Shown here: positions 61,107 through 64,000 of the stretch, piece after piece
How the letters are laid out: each line of letters starts with the position of its first letter
Position numbering within the stretch: position 1 is the stretch's first letter
Assembly (NCBI GenBank): GCA_963815455.1
Contig: CAWFGO010000002.1
Location: 160,001-224,000 of the forward strand
Length of the DNA stretch: 64,000 bases
Origin: an uncultured Verrucomicrobiae bacterium
GTDB taxonomy: Bacteria; Verrucomicrobiota; Verrucomicrobiia; Chthoniobacterales; UBA10450
Direction of reading: 5' to 3'
Position numbers and translations under genes: made by a program
Notes under the pieces: generated by a model
The model's input: the letters and a program-made list of their open reading frames with translations, nothing else
Databases searched by the model: none
What the model was told of the DNA's origin: nothing

Positions 61107-61919
61107 ATGATCATCCACCTCGTTGACGGCACTTACGAACTGTTCCGCCACTTCTACGGCTTGCGCCGGTTTACGAAAGGCAAGGACCGGCCGTACGGCG
61201 CGGTCGTCGGTGTGCTGCAGACCGTTCTCCAAATAATCGAGAACGAGAATGGTCCCACGTATATCGGCGTCGCCACCGACCACGTAATCGAGTCGTTTCG
61301 CAATCGGCTTTGGCCAAATTACAAGACGGGCGACGGCATCGAGCCCGCGCTGTTTTCTCAATTTCATCCGCTCGAGGAGGCGCTCGCGGCGATGGGCGTT
61401 GTCGTCTGGCCGATGATCGAGCTCGAAGCCGATGATGCGCTCGCTTCAGCCGCGCATCTCGCGTCGAAGGACAAGAAGGTGAAGAAAATCGCTATCTGGA
61501 CGCCCGATAAAGACCTGGCCCAATGCGTACGGGGGGGGCGGATCGTGCAGATCGATGGTCGGCGCAAAACGATTCGCGATGCGGCTGGGATACGCGAAAA
61601 GTTCGGGGTTAGCCCGCAGCTCATCCCGGATCTGCTCGCGCTGGTGGGCGATGCGGTCGACGGCTACCCCGGTATCGCTGGGATCGGACCGCGGACCGCC
61701 GCCACACTATTGAACCGCTACGGTCCGATCGAAAAGTTCCCGCGAAAAGTTCTCGGCGAACAGCGCAAGCTCGCGCTGGTCTTCAAGAAACTCGCGACTC
61801 TGCGCACGGATGCGCCGCTCTTTAAGAAAGTCGAGACGCTGCGCTGGCGCGGTCCGACCAAGGAGTTCGCCGCATGGGCTGATCGAGAGTCGCCAGCCAG
61901 GGTCAGTCCTCACTTTTGA
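61107..61919 (+). CDS. Stand-alone 5'-3' exonuclease / flap endonuclease (PolA N-terminal-like)
   Basis: HLVDGTYELFR, SFRN...YK, EADDALAS, DKDLAQ, GDAVDGYPGIAGIGPRTA. The last codons come from the adjacent repeat. Confidence 0.9.
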   Translation: MIIHLVDGTYELFRHFYGLRRFTKGKDRPYGAVVGVLQTVLQIIENENGPTYIGVATDHVIESFRNRLWPNYKTGDGIEPALFSQFHPLEEALAAMGVVVWPMIELEADDALASAAHLASKDKKVKKIAIWTPDKDLAQCVRGGRIVQIDGRRKTIRDAAGIREKFGVSPQLIPDLLALVGDAVDGYPGIAGIGPRTAATLLNRYGPIEKFPRKVLGEQRKLALVFKKLATLRTDAPLFKKVETLRWRGPTKEFAAWADRESPARVSPHF

Positions 61920-62080
61920 CATTTTTGGAGTCGCCAGCCAGGGTCAGTCCTCACTTTTGACATTTTTGGGCAAGCCTCGTCGACATGCGCTGTGTCAATA
62001 GTGAGGACTGACCCCGCTCCGTCCCCCTGCGCTGTGTCAATAGTGAGGACTGGGATTGCCCTGATTGTACGGACAGTTGG

Positions 62081-62923
62081 TTAAGGGTAATTTTGGTTTA
62101 GTTGGGATTCAAAGTTGATTGGGGTCTGGTAGGCAAGACTGGAATGAAGTCTGAGGCGGTTATAGAAGGTTTCGATATAGTCGAAGATGGCGGTACGAGC
62201 TTGGGCGATCGTGGCGAAGCGGTGATGATAGACCAGTTCGTATTTGAGGCTGCTGAAGAAGCTTTCGATAAAGGCATTGTCGTAACAGTTTCCTTTTCGG
62301 CTCATCGAAGCGGTCAGGCCATGTTGGCTGAGCAGTTCGCGGTAAGCGGTGCTGGCGAACTGGGCTCCGCGATCGGAGTGGACAATTAGATTTTTTGAGT
62401 AGCGTCGTTGATCGATAGCCATGCGCAGGGCGGCGCTGGTCAGAGCGGTATCGAGAAGCCGATCCATGGCCCAGCCGATGACGCGCCGGCTAAAGATGTC
62501 CAGAACGGCGACGAGGTATAACCAGCCTTGAGCGGTAAGCACGCAGGTCACGTCAGTGGCCCAGACTTGGTTAGGGCGTCGTACGACTAGAGCACGCAGC
62601 CGGTTTGGAGCGATTGGTCCACCGTGACGACTGTCTGTTGTGAAGTGGCGATACTTCGAGCGTTGCCGGGCAAAGATTCGCTCCTTGCGCATGAGCCGGG
62701 CGATGCGATTACGCCTTCCCGGGCAGCCCAACACCTGGGCCAGCCGCGGACTGCCGTAAGTCTGACGACTGCGGGCAAACTCCTCCCGGATGCGTTGACG
62801 CAACCGAATGTTCTCCAGTTGGCGTGGTCCAGGGCTACGCCGCCGCCGGATCCAGGCGTAATAGCCACTACGCGAAACCAAAAGCGCTTCACACAACCAT
62901 GCGATCTTGTAGGAGCCGCTCAT
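62081..62923 (-). CDS. IS3 transposase OrfB (DDE/rve)
   Basis: VSRSGYY, YGSPR, WATDVT, HSDRGAQF, CYDNA.IESFF. Confidence 0.95.
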   Translation of the reverse strand: MSGSYKIAWLCEALLVSRSGYYAWIRRRRSPGPRQLENIRLRQRIREEFARSRQTYGSPRLAQVLGCPGRRNRIARLMRKERIFARQRSKYRHFTTDSRHGGPIAPNRLRALVVRRPNQVWATDVTCVLTAQGWLYLVAVLDIFSRRVIGWAMDRLLDTALTSAALRMAIDQRRYSKNLIVHSDRGAQFASTAYRELLSQHGLTASMSRKGNCYDNAFIESFFSSLKYELVYHHRFATIAQARTAIFDYIETFYNRLRLHSSLAYQTPINFESQLNQNYP

Positions 62924-63267
62924 CTGTTCGATTCGGGCATACCTCTCGGCGGCGCTTCGGAGAGGATGCCCAGCGATTTTTTTAAGACTTCACGTTGTTC
63001 TAGAAGTTTTGCGTTCTCGGCGCGCAACCGCCGGATCTCCGCTTCAAGGTCTTCTACGCTGCGTTTAGACTTCGACTCGCTCGGACAGGAGTTCGACTGA
63101 CGTTTGGGCCGCGCCCAACGGTAGAGCAGCGGTGCTCTTATGCCCAGCTCGGCCGCTACTTTGGCCGCACTGCGACCACTGTTACGCCATAACTCCAGCG
63201 CTTCCTTCTTATACTCCTCCGTGTATCTGGCTCTGTCGCGAGCCGGCTTACTTAACTGTGATTTCAT
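62920..63267 (-). CDS. IS3 transposase OrfA (HTH)
   Basis: YTEEYKKEA...VAAELGI...LYRW, coiled coil, LKKS. Confidence 0.93.
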   Translation of the reverse strand: MKSQLSKPARDRARYTEEYKKEALELWRNSGRSAAKVAAELGIRAPLLYRWARPKRQSNSCPSESKSKRSVEDLEAEIRRLRAENAKLLEQREVLKKSLGILSEAPPRGMPESNR

Positions 63268-63412
63268 GTGGGCTCCTCTCGGGTTTTGACCCCTAGCCCA
63301 CTGTCCGTCAAACTAATGCAACCCTACTCTGACCCCGCTCCGTCCCCCATAGTGAGGACTGACCCCGCTCCGTCCCCCTCAATAGTGAGGACTGACCCCG
63401 CTCCGTCCCCCT

Positions 63413-63622
63413 GGATGCGAAGCAGAAGTGAAGGCCGTGCTGGAAACGCCGGAGGAAATTCGGCGTAGCAAAAGAGATGCAAACGTCTATCTTTTCTACC
63501 GCAGCCGACGCAACCAGCGTTGGGTCTGCGCCGTAAGTAAACAGGAGGGCCGCACCGGCTTTCTCATTACGGCGTATGTCACCGACGCCATTAAAGAAGG
63601 CGAAAAAATATGGCCGAAGTGA
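63413..63622 (+). pseudogene. N-terminally truncated RelE/BrnT-like toxin
   Basis: EVKAVLETPEEIRRSKRD..VYLFY...GFLITAY; starts right at the repeat array and overlaps the DUF2283-like gene. Confidence 0.55.
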
Positions 63623-63819
63623 ATGTTTATTACGACCCGAGAGGGCACACGCTGACGGTGTGGTTCGGCCGCCCGCAAGCGGAGTACGTTTCCGAGGAGA
63701 CGGGTGAAGAGATTATCCTGATGAAAGACCGGGACGGTCATGTCATTGGCTTTGAGCGGTTGAATTATCCGGCGCAGCCGGAGCGAGTCGCGTTTCAGAC
63801 ACTCGCTCAAACTGCGTAA
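63610..63819 (+). CDS. DUF2283-like putative antitoxin
   Basis: VYYDP...TLTVWF...[19 protein letters not shown]. Confidence 0.75.
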   Translation: MAEVNVYYDPRGHTLTVWFGRPQAEYVSEETGEEIILMKDRDGHVIGFERLNYPAQPERVAFQTLAQTA

Positions 63820-63893
63820 ACGCGCTGCACAAGATCCGCGCGGTTCTGCGCAAGTATTGCGGGAAGCTGTCAGCTTCCCCTACAGTTGCCGCG

Positions 63894-64000
63894 ATGTTCG
63901 AACTTCTGGCCCAGGATCGACAATCCAAAGCGCGGCGCGGGCGGTTAACAACCGCGCATGGCGTTATCGAGACGCCAGCGTTCATGCCGGTTGGCACACA
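63894..64000 (+). CDS. tgt: tRNA-guanine transglycosylase (3'-partial)
   Basis: Manual translation [35 protein letters not shown]. Confidence 0.93.
   Translation, partial: MFELLAQDRQSKARRGRLTTAHGVIETPAFMPVGT

Larger units (their letters stand above)
62051..63326 (-). mobile_element. IS3-family insertion sequence
   Basis: Imperfect terminal IRs tgggattgccctgattgtacggacagt / tagggttgcattagtttgacggacagt, orfA and orfB, A7 slippery site at 62977-62983. No clean target duplication resolved. Confidence 0.92.
61887..63411. repeat. Array of GGGTCAGTCCTCAC REP-like units (2 forward, 4 reverse) interrupted by the IS3 element
   Basis: 41-nt unit x2 at 61887/61928, inverted 42-nt unit at 61986/62028, and shortened copies at 63329-63411. 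Confidence 0.85.

Noticed and set aside
61887..63411. Possible CRISPR array
   Set aside because: Units are adjacent without unique spacers, occur in both orientations, and no cas genes are present.
1..64000. tRNA, rRNA or riboswitch genes
   Set aside because: No cloverleaf, rRNA or known aptamer signature recognised by eye; tRNAscan-SE and Infernal would be needed to exclude them formally.

Overview
GC-rich bacterial chromosomal window, most likely Verrucomicrobiota (Chthoniobacterales/Spartobacteria-like). The lineage is inferred from gene style and was not tested. Left to right it contains: a 5'-partial RHS toxin with an HExxH C-terminal domain and a candidate immunity lipoprotein; rpe; T2SS gspE/gspD; mpl; and an accessory block (10.4-21.5 kb). 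That block holds a LuxR-HTH/PEP-CTERM-like in-frame fusion, two large secreted paralogs plus the collapsed remnant of a third (all sharing an MKKKSAT leader and a C-terminal WSD(G/A)G domain), and a NarL-type two-component set. Next come a CHASE2 cyclase, rplT-pheS-pheT-6S RNA, carA, mqnA/mqnE, an ECF sigma factor, a second secretin, and the str-S10-spc-alpha ribosomal superoperon, which lacks tuf, rpsN, rpmD and rpoA/rplQ and has an extra gene between rpsS and rplV. The right end is a variable region: split marC, an HEAGH peptidase-like gene, a fragmented ~1190-codon defence-like gene, a 5'-3' exonuclease, a repeat array interrupted by an IS3 element, a truncated toxin with a DUF2283-type partner, and the start of tgt. 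The most striking unannotated structure is a dense population of several REP/REPIN-like palindromic families. They sit at ribosomal-operon junctions, nest inside each other, supply gene stop codons, are translated in frame inside pheT and mqnA, and in one case lie between a 35-bp duplication of the rpsG 3' end. Several single-base frameshifts may be sequencing errors. No rRNA, tRNA or CRISPR array was recognised.
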